DNA of 64,000 bases. It comes from a virus. Its lineage: Duplodnaviria; Caudoviricetes. The position numbers and the translations under genes were made by a program. Below the pieces are notes generated by a model. It was not told where the DNA came from, did no database searches, and saw only the letters and a program-made list of their open reading frames with translations. Location: positions 64,001 to 128,000 of the IMG/VR virus record IMGVR_UViG_3300037067_027602; one strand, given 5' to 3'. The number at the start of each line of letters is the position of its first letter. Position 1 is the stretch's first letter. Below, piece after piece: positions 29,632 to 40,400 of this stretch.

Positions 29632-30144
29632 TCAACCCTCGGTTTTCAGGATCATGCGGAAAACGTAGTCGTTCTTCAACCCTCTTTTCGTCTGCGGGGA
29701 GGCGAGGACCATCTTCAGCCCCTCCACCTCGAACCTGACCGCCGCCGACAGCTTGGCGAAAATGTCGGGGGACACCGTCAGCACCCCTTTCGCCTCCAGA
29801 TACCGGAGTTTCACGTCTCCCAGCTTGGACACCAGTATGGCGTCGGCCTCGTTTTTGGACGGGTCCAGCCAGCGGTACGGGATGTAGATGTCGACGCTTC
29901 CGTCCACCGTCACGACGCCTTTGCCGCCGCACACGGGGCAGATCCCCTCGAAAGGCGACGGGCCGGAGCTGTTGTATTTCCCCGAGCTCCTCCTCCCGCG
30001 GATGTCGTAGACGCAATTTCCGCATCGCGACTCGGACGACGATCCCACGACCCTGATGGGAGTGGTCTTCTTCAGGTCGGAATAGAGCTGTCCAATGTAT
30101 TTCTGGTACAAGTTTATCGTCTTCTGCGTGACGAGGGGTTTCAC
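29632..30144 (-). CDS. Head-closure-like protein with zinc finger
   Basis: CGNC...CPVCGGKG motif; follows the adaptor gene with a 4-nt overlap. Confidence 0.55.
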   Translation of the reverse strand: MKPLVTQKTINLYQKYIGQLYSDLKKTTPIRVVGSSSESRCGNCVYDIRGRRSSGKYNSSGPSPFEGICPVCGGKGVVTVDGSVDIYIPYRWLDPSKNEADAILVSKLGDVKLRYLEAKGVLTVSPDIFAKLSAAVRFEVEGLKMVLASPQTKRGLKNDYVFRMILKTEG

Positions 30145-30791
30145 CGGAGCCTCCCGCCGTAGATGGCCACTCCCCGGGAGCGGTTGTGCAGGACCCTCTT
30201 GATAAGGTCATTCCACAAAACGGCGACGCTGTTGACGCTCTTGGACATCTCCTGGCTGGACACGGCGGTGTTGATCGTGGTCTCGCCGTCCTTGATGTAG
30301 ATGGCGTCCCCGGCTCCGTTCATGACCTGGACGTTCAACATCCTCAGGGCAGCCGCGGTCACCGCCAGAGCCTTCATGTCATTGGGGACGTCCTTGTTGG
30401 ACATCGTGTCCGGGGTTTCATAACCGGCCGGGATGTCGACCCCCAGGGCGAAATCATATTCCGTCCAAGGCTGGACGACGTTCTTTATGACGTCGCCGAT
30501 ATGGGCCGACACCTGCTCGTCGGTGTACTTGACGTAATCGTATTCCGCCGACACCTGCTCCCCCGCGGAGACCGCCGACGAGAATTTGACGACGTTCTTG
30601 GACACGGTGAAATCCTCACGGACGACGTCCCCCACCAGCATCCCGCTGGGGCGGACGGTGCAATAGGCGTCCTGGGACAAGGTGTAGTAGCGGGACGTTG
30701 ACGGGGTGGAAGGGTTCTCGTCTAGCTGGTACTGGGCCTCGTCCCCTATCAGGCGGCGGACCTCCGGGATCAAGTCGGTGTAGTCGAACAT
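30141..30791 (-). CDS. Head-tail adaptor protein (probable)
   Basis: N-terminal LIPEVRRLIGD, YTDEQ, and C-terminal IKDGETTI, typical of adaptor proteins. Confidence 0.6.
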   Translation of the reverse strand: MFDYTDLIPEVRRLIGDEAQYQLDENPSTPSTSRYYTLSQDAYCTVRPSGMLVGDVVREDFTVSKNVVKFSSAVSAGEQVSAEYDYVKYTDEQVSAHIGDVIKNVVQPWTEYDFALGVDIPAGYETPDTMSNKDVPNDMKALAVTAAALRMLNVQVMNGAGDAIYIKDGETTINTAVSSQEMSKSVNSVAVLWNDLIKRVLHNRSRGVAIYGGRLR

Positions 30792-30794
30792 CTT

Positions 30795-31508
30795 CTAAAC
30801 CTCTTTCGCTATGAACGGGCATTTTTCGGAGCAGCGCTCGCAACGGCGCCCCTGGAACTCTACCCTTGACATCTCCCCGTTGACCATCCCTATCACCTTC
30901 TCCACGGCTGTGAGGGACGCCAGGAACATCGACGCCATGAAATCCAGGACCGCTAGCATCCTCTCCTCGTTGCTGTCGAAAACTATCTCGGACTCGCATA
31001 TCTGCCCGGCGTACCCTATCAGGAAATCCTTGTAGGGGGAATAGATGTCGAGGAACCTGGTGTAGGCTATCTTCGGCACGCCGTCCCGCTCGAATTTCCT
31101 CTCCACCGACGCGAAAGTCGCCTTGAGGACGTACTCCAGCATGTCCTTGAACTCCCTCCGGTGCCTGGCCATGGCCGGCTTGTCCGACACCAGGATCACC
31201 ATCGCCTGCCTGAGCTCCCCCATCTGCACGGATAGGATATGGGAGAAGACATGTTTCCGCAGGGGGCATTCGACCCTCATCGACGGGACGCCGAAGTCCA
31301 TGATGGTCTTCATCTTGGTCAACGCCCCGCAATGCGGCAGATCTATGGGAGCCCCTCCGAAAAACTTCGACGGGGACGGTATTTTCTTCACCAGCGCCGG
31401 CGCCATCCATCCCAGGATCGCCAAGGCCACGACCGCCATCACCCCGGCGAAACCGCCGGTGGCGTAGGCCCCCTCTATCCAATCAGGCAACAAACCCTCC
31501 AAGGCCAA
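30795..31508 (-). CDS. Membrane-anchored hypothetical protein
   Basis: N-terminal hydrophobic helix GGFAGVMAVVALAILGWMAPAL; TTG start with GGAGG RBS. Confidence 0.6.
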   Translation of the reverse strand: MALEGLLPDWIEGAYATGGFAGVMAVVALAILGWMAPALVKKIPSPSKFFGGAPIDLPHCGALTKMKTIMDFGVPSMRVECPLRKHVFSHILSVQMGELRQAMVILVSDKPAMARHRREFKDMLEYVLKATFASVERKFERDGVPKIAYTRFLDIYSPYKDFLIGYAGQICESEIVFDSNEERMLAVLDFMASMFLASLTAVEKVIGMVNGEMSRVEFQGRRCERCSEKCPFIAKEV

Positions 31509-31535
31509 GCCCTCCCGAATATCCTGTTGGCGGGG

Positions 31536-32087
31536 CTATGCCCCGTGTTTGCGGCGTTCCCTCTTGGCCTCTACCAGCCTCTCGTTCCTGTCCTCCAGCG
31601 CGAGATACTCATCCAGGACGGGTTTCGCCGCGTTGGACAGGGCCAGGGTGAACAAAGTGTCCGGGACATGGATGAGGAACTGCGCCGTCGGCCGGATGAC
31701 GCTGCCTCCTACTCTCGGGGCTTTCCCGAAATGCTCCTGCATGGACGACTTCATGGCCTCCAGGGTTTTAGTCTGCTCCTTGACGGCGGCGTTCGCCGCC
31801 TGCTGCTTCGTTCCCCCGACGACGTCATACCCCATGTCGGAGGTGCATTTGACGTTCTCGTTGGCGAAGTGCTTCCGCAGGGCGTGCAGGACCATTTGCT
31901 TGCCGCACCCCCGGCAGGCGTACCTCGCCGGGACGCCCCCTTTCATGGCACCGCTCTCCACCATCCGCATGTTCTCCGCGAACCTGCGCTCGATGATCTC
32001 GGCCGTGGACGAGGTCCCCGTGAACTCGGCGTTGGACGGGACGTCCCCGCCGGTGTCCGCCTGGCTATTCATCACCTTGAGTTCCAT
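31536..32087 (-). CDS. Hypothetical protein
   Basis: 183-aa ORF with AAGGAG RBS and a CRGC motif. Confidence 0.6.
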   Translation of the reverse strand: MELKVMNSQADTGGDVPSNAEFTGTSSTAEIIERRFAENMRMVESGAMKGGVPARYACRGCGKQMVLHALRKHFANENVKCTSDMGYDVVGGTKQQAANAAVKEQTKTLEAMKSSMQEHFGKAPRVGGSVIRPTAQFLIHVPDTLFTLALSNAAKPVLDEYLALEDRNERLVEAKRERRKHGA

Positions 32088-32114
32088 TTTACGCTGCTCC
32101 TTTTTCCTTGTTTT

Positions 32115-32149
32115 AAAAAAAGGCCGGAGGCCAACATGCCTCCGGCCTT
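32115..32149 (-). terminator. Intrinsic terminator after major capsid gene
   Basis: AGGCCGGAGGC-ATGTTG-GCCTCCGGCCT followed by a T-tract on the minus strand. Confidence 0.85.
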
Positions 32150-32175
32150 GTCCTGGTTCCTGGGCGATCCCTGGA

Positions 32176-33072
32176 TTAGCCGAAGGTCAGCTCGACGAGG
32201 GCCTTGTCGTCCAGGACGGCGAACCCGAGGTTCTCCCGGCCGAAGAAGCCGGTCTGGAACTCGAGGATGGCCGTGGGGTCGTCGTACGTGACGAGGTTCT
32301 CGCGGATCGGCATCATCCCGTAGGTGTAGCCCTCCCGCTGCCCGAAGGCATACCCCTTGGAGTCGGAGACCAAGGTGGGTTTCCTCACCCTGATCATGTT
32401 GACGTCCCACACGCGGGCCAGCCCCTTGTTGCTGAACACCTGGTCGCGCAGGGTGTCGGAGGTGTTCTCCGCCTGGACCCAGCGCCGGACGTCGCTGTAG
32501 CGGCGCGGCGAGATGTACAGATCGGTGATGGAGCGCTCCAGGACCTCGCCTGCGGTCAGGATGTCGTTGAAGCACTCCAGATCCAGCCCGGAGGCGGAGA
32601 TCTGCTGGTCGGTGTTGGTGATCTGGGCCGCATGGGCTTTGATCATGGTCCAGCCGCAGAGCTCCTCCTGGGCGATCAAGCGGTTCTTGAACCACTGGGT
32701 GGCGCGCTGGGCGACCTGGAAACGACCCTCCTGGGCGACCTGCATCTGCCAGCGGACGCGGGCGGCGATGTTGAAGGTGCCGACGGTGATCTCGCCGCCC
32801 TCGAACATCACGACCGGGAGCTGGCCGACCTGCGGCATCGTCATGGCGACCTCGCAGTCGTCGAACGGCAGCTTGTAGTTCGCCTGGGCGCCGGGGGCGA
32901 GCTCCTCGACGGTGAAGATCCGGCGGACGGTGGACTGCTCGTCGAGCAGCGGGAGGATGACCTCCGCGCGGCCGGCGGCGAACTCCGCGCGGAGCATGGG
33001 GTCGGACGCGGTGGAACGGAAGAGCTCCCGTTTTTCGGCCGTGGTCAAAACAATCTCGTTAGGCATTTTCAA
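32176..33072 (-). CDS. Major capsid protein (HK97 fold)
   Basis: 298 aa; VRRIF..E.LAPGA...Y, EI.V.TF.I, LYISPR..SD.R.W and C-terminal G.FG....GFAVLD motifs; follows scaffold and decoration genes and is followed by a terminator. Confidence 0.85.
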   Translation of the reverse strand: MKMPNEIVLTTAEKRELFRSTASDPMLRAEFAAGRAEVILPLLDEQSTVRRIFTVEELAPGAQANYKLPFDDCEVAMTMPQVGQLPVVMFEGGEITVGTFNIAARVRWQMQVAQEGRFQVAQRATQWFKNRLIAQEELCGWTMIKAHAAQITNTDQQISASGLDLECFNDILTAGEVLERSITDLYISPRRYSDVRRWVQAENTSDTLRDQVFSNKGLARVWDVNMIRVRKPTLVSDSKGYAFGQREGYTYGMMPIRENLVTYDDPTAILEFQTGFFGRENLGFAVLDDKALVELTFG

Positions 33073-33090
33073 AACCTTTCCTTTGGTTGG

Positions 33091-33597
33091 TTAGGCCCGG
33101 CTCGGCAGGTCGAACCTGCAACGGTAGTAGGCGTTCAGGCCGGAGGCCTCGACCACGCCCAGGGAGGCGTCGGTCCCGGAGGCGGTGACGCGGAACAGGC
33201 CGCTCGCCGCCGGGAAGATGCTGTCGCCGACCGCCGGGGTGGTGGTGAAGTTCTCCACGCCGACCTCAGCGTAGAAAGGCCCGTTGGTGAGCACGCCGAT
33301 CTGGGCGCCCTTGCGCTCCCAGGTGTTGTGGTGGAACTGGTAGCCGGAGAGGTCACCGAGGTTCGAGGGATCGTAGACCTTCTGGGTCGACAGGCCGAAG
33401 ACGGTCCCCGACGGGCAGGAGCCCTCGGTGACGGGCTCGACGGCGGTGAAGTCGGCGCTCAGCTTGACGGGGGCGCCTTCGGGGATGACGCTGTTGCAGA
33501 CGTAATAGGGGACGACGATGCCCCCCATCGCGTTCTGCAACGGCTTCTTGTAGGCGTGCGGGATGTTGGTGACCAGAAAGGGGTTGGACATTTCCAT
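33091..33597 (-). CDS. Capsid decoration/cement protein (probable)
   Basis: 168-aa beta-rich gene just before the MCP (G.PV.L...FGL...AVGD.I....G...LGVV). Confidence 0.6.
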   Translation of the reverse strand: MEMSNPFLVTNIPHAYKKPLQNAMGGIVVPYYVCNSVIPEGAPVKLSADFTAVEPVTEGSCPSGTVFGLSTQKVYDPSNLGDLSGYQFHHNTWERKGAQIGVLTNGPFYAEVGVENFTTTPAVGDSIFPAASGLFRVTASGTDASLGVVEASGLNAYYRCRFDLPSRA

Positions 33598-33606
33598 GTC
33601 TCCTAT

Positions 33607-34434
33607 TTAGATCTGTTTGAAGGCGGCGGCGCCCTTGAGGGGTGCGGCGGTCATGGACGCGATGGCCTGGGCCACGATCTCGGCCCCGGCCACTCCGGGG
33701 ACGCCGGAGGCGGCCGATGCGGGGGGGACGGCGGTTTTGGCTGGCTCCCCGGAGGCCTTGCCCTGGTCCACCGGGCCCTTGAGCGACTTGATCTCCTCCA
33801 AGTAGCCTTGGAAGGTGGCGTCATCCATGGCCGCGGCGCGGGAGAGCTGCACCGCCTGGCGGGCGGGGTCGGAGACCAGGACGCCGGAGGCGTCGAGCTC
33901 GGAGCGGCGGCGGGCGACGGCGCGCTCGACGCGCAGCTGGCCAAGCTCCTTCTCGGCGGCGGCGAGCTGGTCCTTGGCGGAGGCCGCGGATTTCTCGACC
34001 TCGGCCTTGGCCGTCAGGGCGGAGTCACGCTCCGTGGCCATGATGGCCAGCTTGTCCTCGAGATCCTTGGTTCCGGTGGACGCCTTGGCGGCGGCCAGAT
34101 CGGTCTTCAAGGCCGCGTTCTCGGTCTTCAGGGCGTTGAAAGCGTCGTCCTGGTCTTTCCGGGCGCGCTCGGACGCCAAGGCGGCGGCGACCTCGTCCCT
34201 GATGTTCACCAGGGGCGCGGCGAGACCGTGCATCATGGCCTCGGGTTTCTTTTCGTCGGGCATTTGTCTTTCCTCCAATTTTTCGTTTGCCTCCCCTCGC
34301 TCGACGCCGTCACCGGTGGGCCCAGCCATTTCGATGCCCCCCGCCGCCGACGCTCCACTCGCGGATTGCGGTTTAAAAACCACCCTGAGCTCGTCAGGGA
34401 GGGTGTCGTCTATGTTTTTGACCGAATTTGCCAT
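33607..34434 (-). CDS. Scaffolding protein (coiled coil); alternative start at 34263
   Basis: Ala/Glu/Lys coiled coil with MDDATF..Y near the C-terminus; between protease and decoration genes. Confidence 0.65.
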   Translation of the reverse strand: MANSVKNIDDTLPDELRVVFKPQSASGASAAGGIEMAGPTGDGVERGEANEKLEERQMPDEKKPEAMMHGLAAPLVNIRDEVAAALASERARKDQDDAFNALKTENAALKTDLAAAKASTGTKDLEDKLAIMATERDSALTAKAEVEKSAASAKDQLAAAEKELGQLRVERAVARRRSELDASGVLVSDPARQAVQLSRAAAMDDATFQGYLEEIKSLKGPVDQGKASGEPAKTAVPPASAASGVPGVAGAEIVAQAIASMTAAPLKGAAAFKQI

Positions 34435-34468
34435 ATATAAAACCATTCCTCAATTAAAGTCTACGCCG

Positions 34469-35353
34469 CTAGTTTATTTTTATTGCCCCGTCGTGCGCCA
34501 ATATCAGCCGGTGCAGCTCCTCGTGCTCCGCCGCGAGCTCCTCGCTGGGGGACGCCCCATAGAGGACGTGCAGCTCGTCGTGGCGCCTCTGGACGGAAGC
34601 GAAAGCCCTCTGGGGGTCGTCCATGAACACGCAACCCCTGTCGGCGGGGTATGACACAACCCCGGCCCCGCTGAACCACATGTCGTTGAATATCTTCACT
34701 ACCGGGGCCCCGCCCACCAGCGTCCGTTTCCTCCAAAGCTCCTCCGTGTCGTCGTCGATCCCGAAAGGCTTGTCGAACTTCATGTGCTTGCCGCCCACCA
34801 CGTACGTCCTGTCGCGGTACCAGTTCTCCATGCTGATCTTCAGCATCCTGCGCCCGACCAGGGCGGCCATGTCGGTGATGGTCTTGGGGAAATGGAACAT
34901 GTAGAGGACCGCCGTGGCCAGCACCCACAGCTTGTCGGAGTCCTTCCTCCCCAGGTCGTCTGACGGATCCACCTTGGCGGCCTCGTCCTCCGTCATCGGG
35001 GAATCCCCGTCGAAAGACAGGGCCGTGTCCGTCATGTGCCCGATGATGGTGTTCTTGTTCGTCCCGGCGGAGGCGTAGGAGAAATAGCTCTCCTTCTCCT
35101 CCAGGACATGCTCGACGTCGATCGGTTTATGCCTGGGGCTCTTCCAGGAGCGCAGCAGCTCCGACCGCAGGAAAGCCTCGTTGTTGGAGTTCTTGCCCTC
35201 GCGGCAGAGCCTAAACTTCACGGGGATGATGTCCACCGAGCCGCGCTTGTCCAGCTTCTCGAAATCGAAATCGGCGGCGGAGGCGGAGCCCTTCGCCCAC
35301 GACCCGAGCTCCAGGTCGCAGATGGCCCTCGACATCTTGGCGTCCGCCGGCAT
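34469..35353 (-). CDS. Prohead protease
   Basis: N.N.EAF, KPIDVEH, IIGH, KISME and FSGAGVV.YPAD motifs (His/Ser herpes-HK97-type protease pattern). Confidence 0.75.
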   Translation of the reverse strand: MPADAKMSRAICDLELGSWAKGSASAADFDFEKLDKRGSVDIIPVKFRLCREGKNSNNEAFLRSELLRSWKSPRHKPIDVEHVLEEKESYFSYASAGTNKNTIIGHMTDTALSFDGDSPMTEDEAAKVDPSDDLGRKDSDKLWVLATAVLYMFHFPKTITDMAALVGRRMLKISMENWYRDRTYVVGGKHMKFDKPFGIDDDTEELWRKRTLVGGAPVVKIFNDMWFSGAGVVSYPADRGCVFMDDPQRAFASVQRRHDELHVLYGASPSEELAAEHEELHRLILAHDGAIKIN

Positions 35354-35356
35354 CTC

Positions 35357-35638
35357 TCAAATCCCCCTGAAAGCGGCCGCCCTGGCCTTTGACCTGGGCG
35401 GGGGGAGGGCGGACTCCTCCTCCGTGAAAGAGGCCGTGGCGGGGCAGAAGGTCTTGTTGACGTAGGTCTGGAAATCGCCCGTCTGCTCCTTCTTCTGGCT
35501 ATAGTTCATGCTGACGTTGTAGCACCACTTGTCCATGAAGAACGACAAGCTCTCGAGGTTCTTGACCTCCTTGCCCTCGACGAGCAGCTTAGTATCGTCG
35601 AACTTCCCGCTCTCGCTGACGATCTCGATCTTGGCCAT
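35357..35638 (-). CDS. Hypothetical protein
   Basis: 93-aa ORF between portal and protease. Confidence 0.6.
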   Translation of the reverse strand: MAKIEIVSESGKFDDTKLLVEGKEVKNLESLSFFMDKWCYNVSMNYSQKKEQTGDFQTYVNKTFCPATASFTEEESALPPPRSKARAAAFRGI

Positions 35639-35679
35639 GATGAAAACCTTTTTTTAAATTATCAACGCCGCTCTCCGGC

Positions 35680-37401
35680 CTAGCTTACCGCTTTCACGCC
35701 CTTCGGGGTCTTCGTGGCGCTTTTCCTTCCGTTCGGCTCCTTGACGCCGGCCGGACGCCCCTGCTGCCCGTTCCCCAGCGTCTTCTGCGCCGCCTGCGGC
35801 TTTGACGCCGACTGGGACTCCGACGACTGCTGCGACGGGGCTGCGGTCATCACGAGGATGCCGTCCTCGTCGCGTATCTTCTGCTCCGCCTTGAGGCGCT
35901 TCACCTCTTTCGGGAAATTGTATTGCAGGGTCTCGGCCGCGGTGCGGTAGGAGATTATCTGCCTGTCGACCATGCTCATGAGCACGCGGATATAATCGTT
36001 GACGTCCTTCAGGTTCAGTTTCCCGAACACGCCTTTCGACCTGCCTTTGACCCCGAGCATCCTGTCCATGGCCTGGAGGTCCGGGGAAATCCAGTCGCAG
36101 AACACGTTCTGCAGCTTGTCGATGATCTCGATCATGCCCTTTAGGTTCAGCGTGTCGTTCCCCAGGGCTCCGCCGCCGTCGCCGCCGAGCAGCCCCTGGG
36201 ACACGCCGATGCAGGTGCGGATGTTCGTGTCGCAGTTGCTGTATTTATCCTGCCCGAGGGTGTCCAGCGCCGGCTCGACGTATTTCATGTCGATGCAATG
36301 GTGCCAGATCAGCGTCGAGTTCCCGTCGGAGGTGTTGAGCTGCCCGGCCACCACCTGGATGTCGTCCTGCGTCGCCGGGAACTCGTCAGAACCGACTTTG
36401 ACCAACAATATCCTGTTGCGGATGCCGTTCACGGTGGACTCGTCCATGTCCATGAGCCTGCGCTTCTGGTCGACATACCGGAGGGCCGACCTGGTGGAGG
36501 GATTCCCCCATGGCTTGCTGGCTATGGTGGAGGTGGACACCATCTTGCATAGATATTGGGGGAGGTATATGTCCATGACCCCCGCTTTCACCTGGTAGAC
36601 TATCTCCGGGGGGATCATCCCGACCCCGGGGGCGTCCATGGGAGAAGACCTGATGGCCGAGGAGAGGTTGTCGTCGATTCTGGAATACAACCCCCTCATC
36701 CAGGGGAAGGCCTTCATCCCGCGGACGTCCATCCCCAGGGGTTCAAGAAGGACGTATCCGCCGGGGATGGACAAATCCTCGCGCTCGGCGAAGTTGGACG
36801 GGAGTATCCCGTTGAGCTGCTCTATCAAATTTCCCCTGACGTCCTGGCGCGAGGCCGAGGACATGGCCATCCCCCACGCCTCCATGGACGAGGCGCAGCT
36901 TCTGTGCGCCGCTGAGCTCCTCGCCATAAGGGACGAGGAGGCGTCGTTGCCGCCCTCCACCTGGAATGGTACGGGTATCTTCAGAGGGAACACGACCCCG
37001 TCCTGGAGGTAGTTGAACAAGAAATCCCCTATGAACTGCCTGCCGCGGATAGCGGACCACCAGGCGTCGTAGAAAACCTGGTCGTCCTCCGACTCGCACT
37101 GGATGCGGAACGAGTCGTTGGCGAGCTCGGAGATCAGCTCCAGCCCTTTTTGCAGGATCGGCTCATCCTCGACGGCCTCGCGGGAGCGGACTATGAGCCA
37201 CTTCGCCTCCCCCTGGCGGAACCCGGACATCATGGAGGCGTATGGGGACCGGGCGGGAGACGATAATTGCTGGCGGGTCGAGGCCTGGGCCTTCGCCCTG
37301 CCCGCCGCCACCATCCCCATTGGCAGCTGTATCCTGGCGGCGGCCTGTCCGGCGCCGGTTATCTTCCTGGACATGTCTGTGGTCCCTATCTTTTGATCCA
37401 C
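35680..37401 (-). CDS. Portal protein
   Basis: 573 aa directly after terminase; WG.P....AL, MDES..NGI...ILLVKVG.D.FPA and ISYRT..E.L...F..E..R motifs of large-phage portals. Confidence 0.8.
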   Translation of the reverse strand: MDQKIGTTDMSRKITGAGQAAARIQLPMGMVAAGRAKAQASTRQQLSSPARSPYASMMSGFRQGEAKWLIVRSREAVEDEPILQKGLELISELANDSFRIQCESEDDQVFYDAWWSAIRGRQFIGDFLFNYLQDGVVFPLKIPVPFQVEGGNDASSSLMARSSAAHRSCASSMEAWGMAMSSASRQDVRGNLIEQLNGILPSNFAEREDLSIPGGYVLLEPLGMDVRGMKAFPWMRGLYSRIDDNLSSAIRSSPMDAPGVGMIPPEIVYQVKAGVMDIYLPQYLCKMVSTSTIASKPWGNPSTRSALRYVDQKRRLMDMDESTVNGIRNRILLVKVGSDEFPATQDDIQVVAGQLNTSDGNSTLIWHHCIDMKYVEPALDTLGQDKYSNCDTNIRTCIGVSQGLLGGDGGGALGNDTLNLKGMIEIIDKLQNVFCDWISPDLQAMDRMLGVKGRSKGVFGKLNLKDVNDYIRVLMSMVDRQIISYRTAAETLQYNFPKEVKRLKAEQKIRDEDGILVMTAAPSQQSSESQSASKPQAAQKTLGNGQQGRPAGVKEPNGRKSATKTPKGVKAVS

Positions 37402-40400
37402 ACGCCCCGAGGCAGGGCCACTGGCTTGTTTGCGTCCTTAATGAAAGTATACGCCCTGTCGCACCCGATCAGGACCGCGCTATACCTGTCCTTCCTATGT
37501 TTCTTGCTGGGGGAATCCCAGTGCATGTTGCCACGCTTCTCCGTCATGGTGACCACGATGTTCTGTATCTCCCTCACCGTCTGGGATATCTCCGCCATGG
37601 CGGCCAGCATCTCGGCGGACTGGTCCTGCGGCCCGTCCAGCAGGTCCTCGAGGCATGGCATCTGCAGCATCCCGGTCTCCAGCATCAGCTTCATGTTGTG
37701 GTTGGCGTCGTACAGCCAGCCGTAGTCGGAGAACTCCACCAGCTCAAGTATCCTCCTGCCTTTCAATTTCCTGTGCTCGTCGAAATCCCTCTGGAGGATT
37801 ATCTCCTCCCCTTGGGGGGTGTTCTTCTCGTCGGCCAGGAGATCCCGCACCGGCTGCCCGCCGCCGCCCGAGTCCATCGCTATCTCGTCGATGTTGTAGG
37901 CCTTCAACAACGCCCTCATCTGCGCGTGGACGTAGGGGTATGGCTTCTTGTGGAAGCTGTGCATGGCCCGGAACCTGACCAGCCTCCGGTCGAGCAGCAC
38001 CTGGAATATGGCCATGGTGAAATTATCGCTCATCCGGGCGGGGTCGGCCGCCAGGATATTGACGACACCCCTTCTCTTCGGGAGGTACAAGGCGCACCCG
38101 AACTCCCGATGGGACATGGAGGAGTCCAGCAAGGCCCGACTAAAAAACCCTTCGGTGTCGGTGGGGAAGAAGGAGCAGTTCCTGACCGTGGCGTACGGCA
38201 GCGAATAGCTGTGGTCGCTCTCCACGGAAAAATTGTGGACCCATCCCTCGAAATCGAACACCGACGATTTGCGAACTGGAACAGCGGTCCATCCAGCGGG
38301 GTCCCTGAGCCACGCCACGCCGGATCTCGCCACGTCGACGGCCTCAATGTCTCCCGAGGGGGAGCAGAAATTGTGGGACGCCGTGAACACGGCCTCCGGC
38401 CAATCTCCGAATTTCAACGACACGGCCTTCCCCGCATACCATCTGGAAAAAATTTTCCCGACGTCCCCCCATCTTCCCATATGGGTGAACACGGCGTCGC
38501 CGGGGACCACCATCTCCACCGGCTTCTCCCCCGCCATGGTCGTCACCGGCACCCCCGCCGCCAGACAGTATTCCATGCGGAACTCATTGTCCGCCATGTC
38601 CCTTCTCGCCTCATCGATGCTCTCGAGGTTCATGAACCCCTCGGGCATGCGGGTGTACTCAAGGGCGCATAGCGCCCGGTTCTCGTCCATCATGAAGTTG
38701 TATGGGATCTGCCCTCCGGGGACGAGGTCGGCGTTTAGCGGGAAGCCCCTAAGCTCCACGGAGTCCGGGTTTTTCTTGGCCGACTCCAAAATCGCCTCCA
38801 TATAGTTCTGCACCTTCTTCCAGAGGTGGTTGAACTGGTAGTACGCCGTGGAGGTGTAGACGATCTTGTTGTCGTGGAGCTGGCGGATCTTGTCTATTTT
38901 CCCGGCGGCCAGGAGCTTCTTCTGCTCGGCCATCCAGCGGACGGACTCCATCGGGTTCTTGAAGGTGGCCATCATGCCGCGGATCACCAAATTCAGGATG
39001 TCCTCTGGTATCTGCGCCGTCTCGTCCCCCAGGATGCAGTGGTAGCGCGCCCCGCGGATCTTCGTGCCGTCGCCGATCGGCAGCGCCTCGATGAGCGACG
39101 CCCGGCAGTTCGGAGCGGTCTTAAACCGCACCTGGCACATGTCCGTGCCCCTGGTGGGGGCTTTGTCCACGAACCCGCGGAACTCCTTGGATATGGCGTA
39201 GAGGTTCTCCACCTCCGCGAACACGAACTTCGACTGGCGGAAGCCGGGGGCCACGATGCCCACTTTGTCCCCGGGGAAGAACATCCCGCGGAGGACGGTG
39301 AACAGCCCGTCCAGGAACGTGTTGTGGGAGATGAACCCGTTGGCTATGAAAGTGTGGGTCCCCGGGACGCACAGGTCGTACGTGTCCTGCGGGGGGAGGA
39401 CGCCGGTCTCGGTCACCATGTCGAAGAAAAGCCCTCTGGAGATATATTCCCGCAGCCGTTCCCTGGCCTTCCCCCCGGGGATCTCCGACGCATCCAGCTC
39501 CACCAGCAAATTGGCAGCGTCGGCAGGCCTCGCCAAATCATGGACGTTGCGCTTTTTCTTGTAGACGAACTGGGTCGTGCATATCCGTTTCCTCTTGCGG
39601 AGGGAGAGCTCGTTGGCGGCGTCCTCCATCAACATCCCATACCCCGGCGACCTCACCCGGGAGGCCATGAAGACCGAAGCCAGCCCTCCCTCCGGGAGCA
39701 TCACCGGCAGGCCGCGGGTGGCGGCCGCCTCCCCCATGGGGACCAGGAAATCGCCGTTCTGCCTGCCGCTCGCCGACACCAGCACCCCAAGTGAGGCGAA
39801 CATGGCGGACAGCATCTTCTCCTCGGACGCCGTCCTCACCCTGACCAGCCTGGGCTGGCATTGGCTGGCCTTCGACATCGGGCAGCCGCAGGCGTCCAGC
39901 TTGCCGCAAAGGAAAGCCTCGGCCACGGCGGTCCCCCCGGTGAGGATAGACCCTGACGGTGGGAACCAGCCGCCGTCCTCCTGGCGCACGCCGAACCTGG
40001 ACAGGAACCCGTCCACGTCCCCCCCTAGCATGACGGAGTACCCTCTCGACATCTTCTTGACGGCGGGGAGCAGGCCGTTGCGGTCCGCTATCTCGGCTGC
40101 CATCACGGCGGCCCCGGGCCATCTGGCGAAATACGAGCGGTGCCGGAAGTTCGCCCTCCTCAGCCCGGCTGACATCATCCCCAGGAGGTACGCCTCCTCC
40201 GCCCCTGTGGACCCGTCGCCCTCGAAACGGTACGACCCGGACAGATCCATCACCATCACGTCCCCGGGCCTGATGGAGGACATCTCCGCCCATTCCAAGC
40301 TCCCTTTTTTGCCAAGGGTCCTGACCCGGTGCTTGGCGACGCCGTCGTCCACCATCCCGAGCGCGGTCCTGGCCCAATGCACCGGCTCCGGGGCGTTGCG

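Noticed and set aside
30795-31508. Holin call
   Set aside because: Only one transmembrane segment, far from the lysozyme; not enough support.
31549-34440. Long plus-strand ORFs (963 aa here; also 86-1624, 18151-20259, 23134-25428, 48743-49975 and others)
   Set aside because: In-register antisense shadows of GC3-biased minus-strand genes, with no recognisable motifs.
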